DNA from: Thecamonas trahens ATCC 50062
Taxonomy: Eukaryota; Protista; Apusomonadida
DNA: 64,000 bases
Assembly: GCF_000142905.1 (NCBI RefSeq)
Contig: NW_013657623.1
Span: 191,175 to 255,174 of the forward strand
Reading direction: 5' to 3'
Of this stretch, positions 1 to 10,214 are shown in pieces (positions within the stretch are counted from its first letter, which is position 1; the number at the start of each line of letters is the position of its first letter). Both the position numbers and the translations under genes were made by a program. The notes below the pieces were generated by a model, which did not search any database, had not been told where the DNA came from, and was given only the letters and a program-made list of their open reading frames with translations.

Positions 1-354
1 GCATGGGGTCAGGTGATTGGTGGGCGCTGGGGCTTGTACTGGTTGCATGCCGTGCGTGATGGCCCCTTGCAAGTGTGTGTGAAGGCAAACACTCGATCGG
101 GATGGGGTTTTGGGGGATAGGGATGACAGATTGGGTGCGTGTGTCCACGTAGGTTTGTACGTGTGTGTGGAAAGGGGGAGGGGGGGGGGGGGGGGGGGGG
201 CGAGCGGCTGCCTCTGTGTGCCCTTTGTTGTTGTTTTTTCGGGCCAAAGTGTGACGTTTAAGTCGCAAACGACACGACCATCAGACAACGGCTAACGACG
301 GCAGGAGAAACCAGGAGAGAGACATACTTGACTCTCTGCCGCAAGACAACAACG

Positions 355-1095
355 ATGGCACGCGTCAAGCAGAGTCTCGTCCGGAAGAACCGGTTCCCGA
401 CGGCCAACAAGACGCCGCGGATGGCTGCGCCGGCTGTTGCAGCGGCGGACGGAAAGGCGAGCAAGAAGAGGAGGAAGAGCAAGAAGGGCAAGGGCAAGGG
501 CAAGAGAAGCAAGAAGCACAAGAAGAAGCGGGTGCGGGACGACGTCAGGGCGAGCGGGCGCGATGGGGCTGCCGTTGCAGCCGACGGACTTCCCACCATC
601 CGCGTCGACGCCGGTGCGACCAAGAGCTCGTCACCGCGAGCGAGGAAGAGCAACGGCAGCCACGGCATTGAGAGCTGCGCGAGTGATGGACCGAGCCAGT
701 CGGTGGCCACTCAAATCGGGCGGGGAGCCGGCGGAAGGATGGCGGCGCGCAAGGCCGCGCGGCCGGTCCGCAGCGCCAAGACCGCGGCGGGTGTGACCAA
801 GCCGACGATGAGCAACCGTCCGGCGTCGGTGGCGCTTCGGGAGATCCGCAAGTACCAACGGTCAACGGATCTGCTCATCCGGCGGTTGCCTTTTGAACGG
901 CTTGTCCGCGAGCTTGCGCAAGAGCTGATGCCGGATCTGCGGTTCAAGCCGCAGGCGCTGGCCACGCTGCAGGAGGCGAGCGAGGAGTACCTGGTCTCGC
1001 TGATGCAGGATACGAACCTCTGCGCCAATCATGGCAAGCGGGTGACAATCCAGCCCAAGGACATGCATCTTGCGATGCGGCTGAGCCGGCGGTAG
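355..1095 (+). CDS. Divergent histone H3 variant with ~110-aa Lys-rich insertion in the N-terminal tail
   Basis: Starts MARVKQS (H3-like). C-terminal histone fold: [70 protein letters not shown] at 355. Confidence 0.9.
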   Translation: MARVKQSLVRKNRFPTANKTPRMAAPAVAAADGKASKKRRKSKKGKGKGKRSKKHKKKRVRDDVRASGRDGAAVAADGLPTIRVDAGATKSSSPRARKSNGSHGIESCASDGPSQSVATQIGRGAGGRMAARKAARPVRSAKTAAGVTKPTMSNRPASVALREIRKYQRSTDLLIRRLPFERLVRELAQELMPDLRFKPQALATLQEASEEYLVSLMQDTNLCANHGKRVTIQPKDMHLAMRLSRR

Positions 1096-1234
1096 CAGCG
1101 ACGCGGTCGGGTGGGGTTTTTAAAGAAGATCCATGAGTTGGGGTGGTTGGCGGCGGCGATGCAGCCATTGGGAGGAGGAAAAGGGCGTGGAAGGCGTTGA
1201 TAGATGGGAAGGCAAGGAGATTGGTGGGGTGGGG

Positions 1235-1307
1235 TGTACGTGCATGTACGTACATGAAGAAAATGTACGTACAGACGTGTACGTACAAATTTGTGTTTGT
1301 ACGTACA
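1235..1307. promoter_or_regulatory. Array of palindromic TGTACGTACA elements in the H3 upstream region, plus an inverted CCAAT box at 1220-1224
   Basis: Perfect copies at 1245, 1264, 1278 and 1298, imperfect copy at 1235, about 90-160 bp upstream of the H3 ATG. Regulatory role is inferred. Confidence 0.5.
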
Positions 1308-1396
1308 AGCCGGACTGGCGGCGGAGGCTTAAAACCAGCGTCGCTTACGCGCAAGAGGGACAGATTGTCATCGGCATCCCATCCAAACACTTTAAC

Positions 1397-1810
1397 ATGG
1401 CTCGTACCAAGCAGACCGCCCGCAAGTCCGCCACCGGTGCCAAGGCACCGCGCAAGTCGCTCGCCACCAAGGCCGCCCGCAAGTCGGCGCCGGCCACCGG
1501 CGGCGTCAAGAAGGCCCACCGCTACCGCCCGGGTACCGTCGCTCTCCGTGAGATCCGCAAGTACCAGAAGTCGACTGAGCTCCTCATCCGCCGCCTTCCG
1601 TTCCAGCGCCTCGTCCGTGAGCTCGCCCAGGAGTTCAAGGCTGACCTCCGCTTCCAGTCGTCGGCTATCGCCGCCCTCCAGGAGGCCACCGAGGCCTACC
1701 TCGTCTCGATCTTCGAGGACACCAACCTGTGCGCCATCCACGCCAAGCGTGTGACCATCATGGTCAAGGACCTCTCGCTCTCGCGCCGCATCCGTGGCGA
1801 GCGCGCCTAA
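1397..1810 (+). CDS. H3: Histone H3 (canonical-type, 137 aa, intronless)
   Basis: [20 protein letters not shown]...[34 protein letters not shown]...RGERA. Confidence 0.98.
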   Translation: MARTKQTARKSATGAKAPRKSLATKAARKSAPATGGVKKAHRYRPGTVALREIRKYQKSTELLIRRLPFQRLVRELAQEFKADLRFQSSAIAALQEATEAYLVSIFEDTNLCAIHAKRVTIMVKDLSLSRRIRGERA

Positions 1811-1864
1811 GCGTCTCTTTGCTGTCTTGGCTCGCCGAGATGGCATCCACCGCAACAACAACCT

Positions 1865-1883
1865 GGTTCTTTTTAGAACCACC
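1865..1883 (+). promoter_or_regulatory. Histone 3' UTR stem-loop (SLBP-type)
   Basis: GGTTCT-TTTT-AGAACC-ACC: 6-bp stem and 4-nt U loop, 54 nt after the H3 stop. C/A-rich 5' flank; purine-rich stretch downstream. Confidence 0.85.
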
Positions 1884-2245
1884 CCCCGTCTGACAATGGG
1901 AAACAGAATGAACGCAACCACTACCGCAACCACCATTATGCGACCACTGCCCTGTGACAGCCCACACTACTACGCTTGTTTACACACACACGCGCGCGCG
2001 AGGGGCTCTTGGTCTTGAGTGTAATTCCTGACTTGCGCGAGCGCGCCGTTGTTGGCCTTGCGCGCAATCTCCTCCTTCGCGTACGGCCGCGGGAAGTAGT
2101 CCGAGAGCTTGTCGGGGCGCATGAACAGCTCGCCCTCGTCGTTGGGCCCGTCCTCGACCTCGATCTCCGCCGCCAGAGCCTTAGCCTCCTCCTCGGACCA
2201 CCCCCGTCTGAGAAATGGGAAACAGAATGAATGCAACCACTGCCG
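1878..2245 (+). repeat. ~48-bp imperfect direct repeat (1878-1926 and 2197-2245) bracketing a cytochrome c1 fragment
   Basis: accaccccccgtctgacaatgggaaacagaatgaacgcaaccactaccg versus accacccccgtctgagaaatgggaaacagaatgaatgcaaccactgccg. Confidence 0.9.
2039..2197 (-). pseudogene. Isolated internal fragment of cytochrome c1
   Basis: [53 protein letters not shown] matches the c1 segment after the heme motif. No CXXCH, PPDLS or TM anchor nearby. Confidence 0.8.
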
Positions 2246-2339
2246 TACAACGGTACCACGAGTCGACTGCAGCTGCATGACATCGCGGGCGAGCGCACGA
2301 GAGAGAGGGAGAGAGAGAGATTGCTTTACGGCACGCGCT

Positions 2340-5243
2340 TCAAGCCTCCTGCGCCTGGACCGCAAGCCAGGCCGAGACGGCGGCGCCGTCGCGCTCGATC
2401 CACTGCAGGCGGGCGGTGACCTCCTCGACGGCCTGCTTGAGCGGGCGCTCATAGGAGGAGACGTCGCGGGCGGCGAAGAAAGCGTTGGCGGCGTCGAGGG
2501 CGTCCTGGGTGGTGAGCGAGCCGACAACCATCTTGACGATGCGGGCGAGGAGGAAGGCGCCCTGGAACTTGGCCTCGAGGGCGTCAAAGTTGGAGGAGAC
2601 GTAGTCCCAGACGACGGCGCGGCCGACAGCCGAGCCAAGGAGCGAGCCGACGACGTAGAAGAGGTCCTGGTTGCGGACGTCGCCAGACTCTGCGGCCCAG
2701 ACGGCGACCTTGTGGGCGAGGTCACGGGTGGGCACACCGCCGATGGCGGAGAGGAGAACGACCTTGGTGTCCTGCGAAGTGGCGGCGTTGTATTCGGCGA
2801 CGAGCTTGTTGTGCATGGCGGCGGCGTCGTCGGGCGAGGCGACCGAGAGGAGGGCCCAGTAGACCGACGACTGCAGGTCTGGGTGGACGGTGCCGGCGTC
2901 GAAGCGGGCCTTGGCCTCGTCGACGACCGAGGCGACGTTGGCGCGGATGGCGCGCGAGAGAGCGAGCGGGCGCAGCTGCGAGTCCTGGTATGACTCGCCC
3001 GGCGACTTTGCCCATCCGAGCTTGGCGGCGAGCGGGGCAAAGAGGCGGCCGTAGACGGTGCGGAGGCCGGCGAGGTCGGCGTCCGAGGTCCAGGCCTTGG
3101 CGACGGCCGAGAGCGAGGATGCGATGTCAGCCCAGACAATGTACTCGGACTCGGCGGAGCCGACGGCGGCGATGAGGTCGAGGGCGAGCGGGGTCGAGCC
3201 GTAGCCGGCGGCAGCGAGGGCAAAGGCGTCGTTGACGAGGCCAACGCGGTCGACGGGCGAGAGGGCGGCGAGGGCGTCCGACGACGAGAGGAGGGCGATG
3301 CTTTCGGCGTCGTAGGCGACGCGGTAAAAGCCGACCTGGCCTTGGTTGAGCTTGACCCAGGCGTCGGCGGCGACGGCGATCTCGCCTGTGGCGGCAGTGA
3401 GGAGGTCCTCGGACGCCGCGGCCGGGTCTGCACCCGAGACGGCGCGGAGCGGGATGTTCCACTCGGGGGCGGCGACAGGGGTAGCGGCCGGGCGGCCGGT
3501 GGAGAGGAAGCGCTCCTGGGTGACGGCGAGGGTGGTCGGCGAGGTGCGGGAGACCGAGACGACCGGGTAACCAACGGCGTTAACCCAGGTGTTCATCAGA
3601 CCCGGAACGTCCTTGCCCGAGGCGGCGGAGAGGCAGGCCCAAAGGTCCTCGGTCTTGGTGTTGCCGTAGGCAAACTTGGCGACGTAGTCGCGCATGCCGG
3701 CGCGGAAGGTCTCCTCGCCCAGGTAGGCGACGAGCATGCGGACAACGGCAGAGCCCTTGCAGTACGAGATGGCGTCAAAGATCTCGTCGACCTTGTTCGG
3801 GTTCTCGATGGCGACCTCGATGGGGTGCGACGACTCGAGGGCGTCGAGCTCGAGGGCACGCTGGAAGTCGTTGACCACGTACTGGTTCCACACCTGCCAC
3901 TCAGGGAAGAAAGCGTGTGTGGCGGCCCAGCCGACGTAGGTGGCAAAGGCCTCGTTGAGGTAGAGGTACGTCCACGAGTCCATGGTCACAAGGTTGCCGA
4001 ACCATTGGTGGGCGAGCTCGTGGCCGACAACGTACGCCAGGCGCTGCTTGATCGACGCGGGCGTCGTCTCCTCGTTGTACAGAAGCAGGACCGAGCGGTA
4101 CGTGACGAGACCCCAGTTCTCCATGGCGCCGGCGGCAAAGTCGGGGATGGCCACCATGTCGAGCTTGGGCAGCGGGTACTCCTTGGCGTAGTAGTCCTGG
4201 TAAAAGTCGAGGACCTTGACGCCAACGTCAAGAGCGAAGCGGCCCTGGTCGGCGAGGCCGACCGGAGTGTAGACGCGGACGGCAATGTTGCCGATCTGGG
4301 TGTGCGCCTCGACGTAGTCGAGCTCGCCCACCACAAACGCCAGCAGATACGTCGACATGATCGGCGAGGTGGCAAAGGTCACCGTCCGCTTGCCCGCGGC
4401 CTCGTCGAGAGTCTCGGACACAATGTTCATGTTCGAGAGCGCGACGCGATCGGCCGGCACAACGAGCGTGACGTCAAAGGTCGCCTTGAGCGCTGGCTCG
4501 TCAAAGCACGGGAACGCCCGCCGGGCGTCGGTCGCCTCAAACTGCGTCACCGCCATGTACCGCTCCTCGCCGGTCCCGTCGGCCTTGGAGTTGTACTTGG
4601 ACCGGTAGAAGCCGGCCATCTGGTCGTTAAGCACGCCGTCGTAGGTGAACGCCAGCACACCGTCGGCGCCAGCCTTGGCACCTTCGCCCGCGAGCTCGAT
4701 TGTCAGCTGCTCGAGCGTCTCGTCGTACGAGTGCGACGCCGCAGCCTCGCCGTTGTAGCTCACGCTGTGGATGGTCAGCTCCTTGGCGTGGACCACAATC
4801 GTCTGCGAGTCGGCCGACGAGTTCACCTTGATCTCGCACTTGCCCGCAAAGGTAAACGCCTCAAGATCCGGCGTCAGGTGGACCGAGTAGTGCGACGGCA
4901 GCGTGTGCGTCGGCAGAAAGAACGCAGCAGAGTCAGCCACTGGAGACGTGGGGCGAGCCGCAACGACGTCATCAGTCCGGCCAGCAACAGCAGTTACAGC
5001 ATGAGCATGACCACCACCATCGCCACCATGGTCAGTGACCCCAACATCATGATGGCCCCCACCATCGGTTCCGCCATGAGGCCCAGGACGGGTGTCATCA
5101 TGACCGGCCAGACCCCACAGGTCGCGTTCGACGAAAACCAAAGCAAACGCCACAACGACGACAGCGACCGAAAGCACCGACACCATGACCCATTCCCGGC
5201 TGTAAGTGCTGCTGCGAGGTCTCCCTCTGTCCCCCTCCAGCAT
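2340..5243 (-). CDS. M1 family zinc aminopeptidase (puromycin-sensitive/ERAP-like) with N-terminal TM anchor
   Basis: [39 protein letters not shown] zinc motif, ERAP1-like C-terminus. Start is ATG 5243 or 5186, ahead of hydrophobic [18 protein letters not shown]. Confidence 0.95.
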   Translation of the reverse strand: MLEGDRGRPRSSTYSREWVMVSVLSVAVVVVAFALVFVERDLWGLAGHDDTRPGPHGGTDGGGHHDVGVTDHGGDGGGHAHAVTAVAGRTDDVVAARPTSPVADSAAFFLPTHTLPSHYSVHLTPDLEAFTFAGKCEIKVNSSADSQTIVVHAKELTIHSVSYNGEAAASHSYDETLEQLTIELAGEGAKAGADGVLAFTYDGVLNDQMAGFYRSKYNSKADGTGEERYMAVTQFEATDARRAFPCFDEPALKATFDVTLVVPADRVALSNMNIVSETLDEAAGKRTVTFATSPIMSTYLLAFVVGELDYVEAHTQIGNIAVRVYTPVGLADQGRFALDVGVKVLDFYQDYYAKEYPLPKLDMVAIPDFAAGAMENWGLVTYRSVLLLYNEETTPASIKQRLAYVVGHELAHQWFGNLVTMDSWTYLYLNEAFATYVGWAATHAFFPEWQVWNQYVVNDFQRALELDALESSHPIEVAIENPNKVDEIFDAISYCKGSAVVRMLVAYLGEETFRAGMRDYVAKFAYGNTKTEDLWACLSAASGKDVPGLMNTWVNAVGYPVVSVSRTSPTTLAVTQERFLSTGRPAATPVAAPEWNIPLRAVSGADPAAASEDLLTAATGEIAVAADAWVKLNQGQVGFYRVAYDAESIALLSSSDALAALSPVDRVGLVNDAFALAAAGYGSTPLALDLIAAVGSAESEYIVWADIASSLSAVAKAWTSDADLAGLRTVYGRLFAPLAAKLGWAKSPGESYQDSQLRPLALSRAIRANVASVVDEAKARFDAGTVHPDLQSSVYWALLSVASPDDAAAMHNKLVAEYNAATSQDTKVVLLSAIGGVPTRDLAHKVAVWAAESGDVRNQDLFYVVGSLLGSAVGRAVVWDYVSSNFDALEAKFQGAFLLARIVKMVVGSLTTQDALDAANAFFAARDVSSYERPLKQAVEEVTARLQWIERDGAAVSAWLAVQAQEA

Positions 5244-6078
5244 TGCCCTCTTGTTGCACACGTACTGGTTGCTTGTAATGGCAGAGTGGGGTGCGCCGCT
5301 CCCCTGCCTTGGCTCTCGCCACGCTCCTCGCAACCCGCCCTGCCCCTCACCTCGCCACGTGACCTCACCCGCTCGCGTTCATGGCCGGCCGATGACTCGC
5401 TTTTTTCTTTTTTTTTCTCGTCTACCTTGTCACCTGCCGCACTCAATCTCGCGCTATTGCCATCCGATGGGTGCGATCCGATGGGTGCGATAGGGGTATC
5501 TGAGACAATGTGCGGCGGCTTGGGCATGCGACGGTTGTGGGCAGAAGTGAACAGCAGTGCAGCTTGAGGCCACCGATTTGGGTCCGTCACGCGTTTCGGA
5601 CCAAACGGCCAAAACCAAATGTCGCGATGCCTCTCTACACTGCTTGCTTGTCATCCAACCCTGCTCGCCAAACACACCTGGAACTAGTACGGCCTGAATG
5701 TGCACGCTGCCCCTCCCCTGGAGCAGCAACTTGCCACAGTCCCCACAATCTCCAACACCCAAGTATTCCACCCTCTTGTAGGGATCGGTGTGGCATTTTC
5801 CGTCCAAAAAAGTGATCACCACGATCCATTTTCCGTCACGCTGGATGCCTCCGCTCTGCCCTTGCCCTTGCCCAGCAGCTTTGCCAGCCCTGCGCGCCCC
5901 TCCTCCTCCTCTATGACGTTACCTTGTTTCATGCCATCCCGATGGCTTCTCTGGTTGGATTTGATGCCTTTATTTTCTGTCGTGCATGGACGGAAAAGGC
6001 AGACGAGGCGGCGGCGAGCAAACAAAGTCGCGCCTCGCTGCCACAGCCCAGCACTCGACTTGGACACTCAAGGTGCGC

Positions 6079-7413
6079 ATGGTCGGGGCATGGCGACGAC
6101 GCAGGTGGGCGGTGATGGGCGCAGCAATGGCGCTTGTCTGCACCAGCTTGCTCGTTCTCGACCCCGGGATGCCAGTCAATCTCCAGCGCGAGCTCGTCCA
6201 CCGCACCGTGCCACGGGCTGTGCGGACCGTCCGCGGCGTGGGCGGACGATGTGAGGCACGGCGGGGCAATGCGATGCGGCAGCCGCATCGCATCGTTTTT
6301 GCCACACCGTTTTTCGGCGGCGAGTATGGGCCGGCCTCGCGGATGTTCCACGGCGCGGCGTGGGACGGCGGCGACGGGCGGTGCGAGGTGATCGATGCGG
6401 CCGGAGTGAGCGGCGATGTGATCGCCTCGGCCGACGTGGTGGTCTTCCATGCCTTTGACATCGACTCGAGGCAGCTGCCGACTACGCGGCACTGCGACCA
6501 AGCGTGGTTGCTGTGGAACCTCGAGCCGCCGCACAAGTACGAGGTGCGTGCGTCGATCGAGGTTGATCTGCGGCGCCAGGCCGACGCCGCGCTTTTCCAG
6601 CTCCACGCCAACTACCGGCTCGACGCCGATGTGGCGCTGCCGTATCTCGGTGAGCGCGGCGTGCTTGATCGAGTCCGGACCGCGCTGCAGACGGCTGTGG
6701 ATCTGGAAGCTGTCGCTGCCAAGCTGGAGTGGGCGGTGTCAGGGCCGGGTGCGCCGGCCTTCTTCCTCGCCTCCAACTGCCACGCGTTGAACGGGCGCGA
6801 CGAGTACGTCGCCGAGCTTGCCAAGCACATCGGCGTCCACTCGTGGGGCCGATGCGTTCCGAGCGATGCGGCGGAGCTGGCACGGACAGGCCTCGCACAC
6901 AATCGACACGCGCCGGGCTTCAAGGAGAGCCTGCTTGACGCGTATCCGTTTGTGCTTGCCTTTGAGAACTCGGCGGCCGAGTCGTACGTGACCGAAAAGT
7001 GGCATCAGGGTCTGGCAGCACCGACGACAGTGCCAATTGTGCTGGGTGCGCCCAACATAGCCGCCTTTGCGCCGTCATCGGCTGTCTACCTCGACGCGTC
7101 GGCCTACCCATCGCCAGCGGATCTGGCCACGGCCATGCGTGCGCTCCTCGTCTCGCCACGGGCGTTTGCGGCTGCCCTTGTCAGCGATCGCACAACATGC
7201 TCGCCAACATTTGACACACTCTGGGGCTGTCGCGCGCCTGCAACTGCACGTCACCTCGCTGGCGGCCTCACCCAGCTCTGCAATCTGCTCGATCGCCACA
7301 CTCATGACTGGACGGAATACCTCGGGCAGCGCGAAGCGGATCCGGTCATGCTTGCTGATCTCGAGGCGCCCGACGCCGTCGCCTGCATCTCTTGCACTGT
7401 CAACAAAGCTTGA
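6079..7413 (+). CDS. Alpha-1,3-fucosyltransferase (GT10), type II membrane protein
   Basis: ADVVVFH, WNLEPP, NYRLDADV.LPY, FLASNC, YPFVLAFENS...YVTEK, VPIVLG motifs. Basic N-terminus followed by a TM helix. Confidence 0.9.
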   Translation: MVGAWRRRRWAVMGAAMALVCTSLLVLDPGMPVNLQRELVHRTVPRAVRTVRGVGGRCEARRGNAMRQPHRIVFATPFFGGEYGPASRMFHGAAWDGGDGRCEVIDAAGVSGDVIASADVVVFHAFDIDSRQLPTTRHCDQAWLLWNLEPPHKYEVRASIEVDLRRQADAALFQLHANYRLDADVALPYLGERGVLDRVRTALQTAVDLEAVAAKLEWAVSGPGAPAFFLASNCHALNGRDEYVAELAKHIGVHSWGRCVPSDAAELARTGLAHNRHAPGFKESLLDAYPFVLAFENSAAESYVTEKWHQGLAAPTTVPIVLGAPNIAAFAPSSAVYLDASAYPSPADLATAMRALLVSPRAFAAALVSDRTTCSPTFDTLWGCRAPATARHLAGGLTQLCNLLDRHTHDWTEYLGQREADPVMLADLEAPDAVACISCTVNKA

Positions 7414-7502
7414 GATGTATTGTTCTCCGCCTCCTCCCCCCGCTCCGCACCACCAGCCCCCACCCTCCGCGATCCCTTCACCCGTGACCGCCCACCCCAC
7501 TA

Positions 7503-7602
7503 NNNNNNNNNNNNNNNNNNNNNNNNNNNNNNNNNNNNNNNNNNNNNNNNNNNNNNNNNNNNNNNNNNNNNNNNNNNNNNNNNNNNNNNNNNNNNNNNNN
7601 NN
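7503..7602. other. Assembly gap (100 N)
   Basis: Run of N. Confidence 1.
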
Positions 7603-7735
7603 CGGAAAAAATTGCGGACATGGTTCGCAAAGATGCGAGAGTTGTAGCCGAGGACAGGACCTCAACTTTCCCCCCCACCCCCCCCACTCCCCCACTCCCC
7701 CATCCCCTATCCCCCCCCACCGTATCACAAACACC

Positions 7736-9850
7736 ATGTTCCGCATAGCCTCGCTGGCAAGAACATGCCCCCCACAGACAGGCCTCTTCCCCGTGGCTGG
7801 ACTGGCATGGCGCTGGAGTGTGGCAGGCGGTAGCTGGCGTGGCTACGCGACAGCCGCTGCCGGCGGAGCAGGCGACGACGAGCAGGCCAAGAAGGAGGGC
7901 AAGCCAGAGACGAAGGCGGCGATGGGCAAGGCGGGAGGAGTCGGCAGAGGAAAGGACGGAGAGAGCTCGGACATGAAGATCGTGAGCAGACTGCTGCCCT
8001 ATCTTTGGCCCAAGGACTCCAAGGCGCTCCGGACTCGGGTCGCCTTCTCGCTCGCCTGCCTCCTCGGCGGCAAGGTGCTCAACGTCCAGGTTCCGATTCT
8101 TTTCAAGACGGCGGTAGACAGGCTGTCCGAGATGAGCGCGGCAACGAGTGCTGCGGCGAGTGCTGCTGTGGGCGATGCTGCTGCTGCTGCGGCTGCGGCA
8201 GCGCCGGAGATGATGGTGGCGGCGCCGATGGCGGTGCTGCTCGGGTACGGCGCGGCACGGACGGCGGCGTTTGGACTCTCTGAGCTCCGCTCGGCGGTGT
8301 TTGCCACGGTAACACAGTCTGCCATCCGGTCGATTGCGCTGCGGACGTTCAAGCACCTCCACGCCATGGACCTCTCGTACCACCTCGGGCGGCAGACTGG
8401 GGCGCTGGCGCGGTCGATCGAGCGCGGCTCGCGTGGTATTAACTTTCTGCTCTCGGCCATTCTCTTCAACATTGCGCCGACGCTGTTTGAGATCTCGCTG
8501 GTGTGCGGCATTCTCTGGTCGCAGTTTGGCGCCGAGTACGCCGCCGTGACGGTGGCGACCATGTCGGCGTACACCGCGTTCACCTTTGGCATCACCTCGT
8601 GGCGGACCAAGTTCCGCAAGCAGATGAACGCTGCTGACTCGGAGGCCGGGACCAAGGTCATCGACTCGCTCATCAACTACGAGACGGTCAAGTACTTTAC
8701 CAACGAGGACCACGAGGCGAAGCGTTACGATGCTGCGCTGGCAAAGTACGAGACGGCGGCGGTGAAGACCTCGCAGTCACTGGCAGGGCTCAACTTTGGC
8801 CAGTCGGCCATCTTCTCCGTCGCGCTCACCACCATGATGGTGATGGCCGGCAACGGGGTCGCCGCCGGCGACATGACCGTCGGCGACCTCGTCATGGTCA
8901 ACGGCCTCCTCTTCCAGCTCTCACTCCCGCTCAACTTCCTCGGCTCAGTCTATCGCGAGATGCGCCAGGCGCTGGTCGACATGGAGACCATGTTTGGCCT
9001 CCTCGACGTCCAGCCCAAGATTGCCGATGCGCCCGACGCCGTGGCGTACACCGCGCCGGCGACCGGCGCGCCCGGCGAGCTTGTTTTCTCGGACGTCAAG
9101 TTCTCGTACGTTGACGGCAAGCCGCTGCTGAACGGCGTCTCGTTCACCGCGCCGGCAGGCTCCAAGGTCGCCATCGTCGGCGGCTCGGGCTCGGGCAAGT
9201 CGACCATCCTGCGCCTCCTCTTCCGCATGTTTGACCCCGAGTCGGGCTCGATCACGCTCGACGGCCAGCCGCTGGCCAAGCTCAAGCTCCACGACCTGCG
9301 GTCGCTCTTTGGCGTCATTCCGCAGGACACGGTCCTGTTCAATGACACCATCCGCTACAACATCGGCTACGGCGACCTGGGCGCGTCGCAGGCCGACATC
9401 GAGGCTGCCGCGTCGGCCGCACAGATCCACGACGCCATCCTCGCCATGCCCAACGGGTACGACACCGTCGTCGGCGAGCGCGGCCTCAAGCTCTCCGGCG
9501 GCGAGAAGCAGCGGGTCGCCATTGCGCGGACGCTGCTGAAGAATCCGGTCATCCTCCTCTCCGACGAGGCCACCTCGGCGCTCGACTCCAAGACCGAGGC
9601 CCAGATCGCGGCGCTCTCGTCGTCGGTCGGCACCGGCGCCGGCCGGACCGAAATCGTTGTCGCCCACCGGCTCTCCACCGTCGTCGACGCCGACAAAATC
9701 ATTGTCCTCCGTGACGGCCGTGTTGCCGAGTCGGGTTCGCACCACGAGCTCGTTGCCCGCGGCGGCGAGTATGCTTCCATGTGGGAGCGCCAGGCGTCGG
9801 TTATCGACGATCTCGCTGCCGCGCCTGCCTCGGCGCCGTCGCCGGCGTGA
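7736..9850 (+). CDS. ATM1: Mitochondrial ABC half-transporter ATM1/ABCB7 (Fe-S related export)
   Basis: Presequence-like MFRIASLAR. TMD with GKVLNVQVPILFK and DSLINYETVKYF. Walker A GGSGSGKST, signature LSGGEKQRVAIAR, DEATSALD. Confidence 0.95.
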   Translation: MFRIASLARTCPPQTGLFPVAGLAWRWSVAGGSWRGYATAAAGGAGDDEQAKKEGKPETKAAMGKAGGVGRGKDGESSDMKIVSRLLPYLWPKDSKALRTRVAFSLACLLGGKVLNVQVPILFKTAVDRLSEMSAATSAAASAAVGDAAAAAAAAAPEMMVAAPMAVLLGYGAARTAAFGLSELRSAVFATVTQSAIRSIALRTFKHLHAMDLSYHLGRQTGALARSIERGSRGINFLLSAILFNIAPTLFEISLVCGILWSQFGAEYAAVTVATMSAYTAFTFGITSWRTKFRKQMNAADSEAGTKVIDSLINYETVKYFTNEDHEAKRYDAALAKYETAAVKTSQSLAGLNFGQSAIFSVALTTMMVMAGNGVAAGDMTVGDLVMVNGLLFQLSLPLNFLGSVYREMRQALVDMETMFGLLDVQPKIADAPDAVAYTAPATGAPGELVFSDVKFSYVDGKPLLNGVSFTAPAGSKVAIVGGSGSGKSTILRLLFRMFDPESGSITLDGQPLAKLKLHDLRSLFGVIPQDTVLFNDTIRYNIGYGDLGASQADIEAAASAAQIHDAILAMPNGYDTVVGERGLKLSGGEKQRVAIARTLLKNPVILLSDEATSALDSKTEAQIAALSSSVGTGAGRTEIVVAHRLSTVVDADKIIVLRDGRVAESGSHHELVARGGEYASMWERQASVIDDLAAAPASAPSPA

Positions 9851-10052
9851 TGGTACACACCCTCTACGGCACATCACCACAAACTCGCTACACCACTGGC
9901 ACAACCCACGCCGACGGGAGTGTGCGTTACGCAACGATGATGAACCGGCCTGGAACCACCATTGATTCAACGATTAATTCAACGAGTGAGTTATTGTTAG
10001 CTGGCGGCCTTTCTTCACGCTTTTGATCGTTACGCCTTTGTGTGACAGGACC

Positions 10053-10135
10053 CAACAAACAAATGAACGAACAAACGAACGAACAAACGAACGAACGAAC
10101 GAACGAACTGAAGCGAACGAACCGAAGCGAACGAA
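10053..10135 (+). repeat. Degenerate (AACG)n microsatellite upstream of the 10215 gene
   Basis: gaacgaacaaacgaacgaac... tract. Confidence 0.9.
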
Positions 10136-10214
10136 AAATATTCGATGGTCTCCGTCATCAGGCGAGCAGCAAGGCAGCAGGCAGGGCGAGGGTACACTCA
10201 ACTCTCCCTTCACC

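Noticed and set aside
1096-1135. Histone stem-loop after the H3 variant
   Set aside because: ggggtttttaaagaagatcc does not form the 6-bp/4-nt hairpin.
3342-5567. Long antisense or overlapping ORFs (for example 741 aa at 3342-5567, 1011 aa at 10870-13905, 671 aa at 36770-38785, 647 aa at 46459-48402)
   Set aside because: Shadow ORFs produced by high GC3 codon bias opposite real genes; no recognisable motifs.
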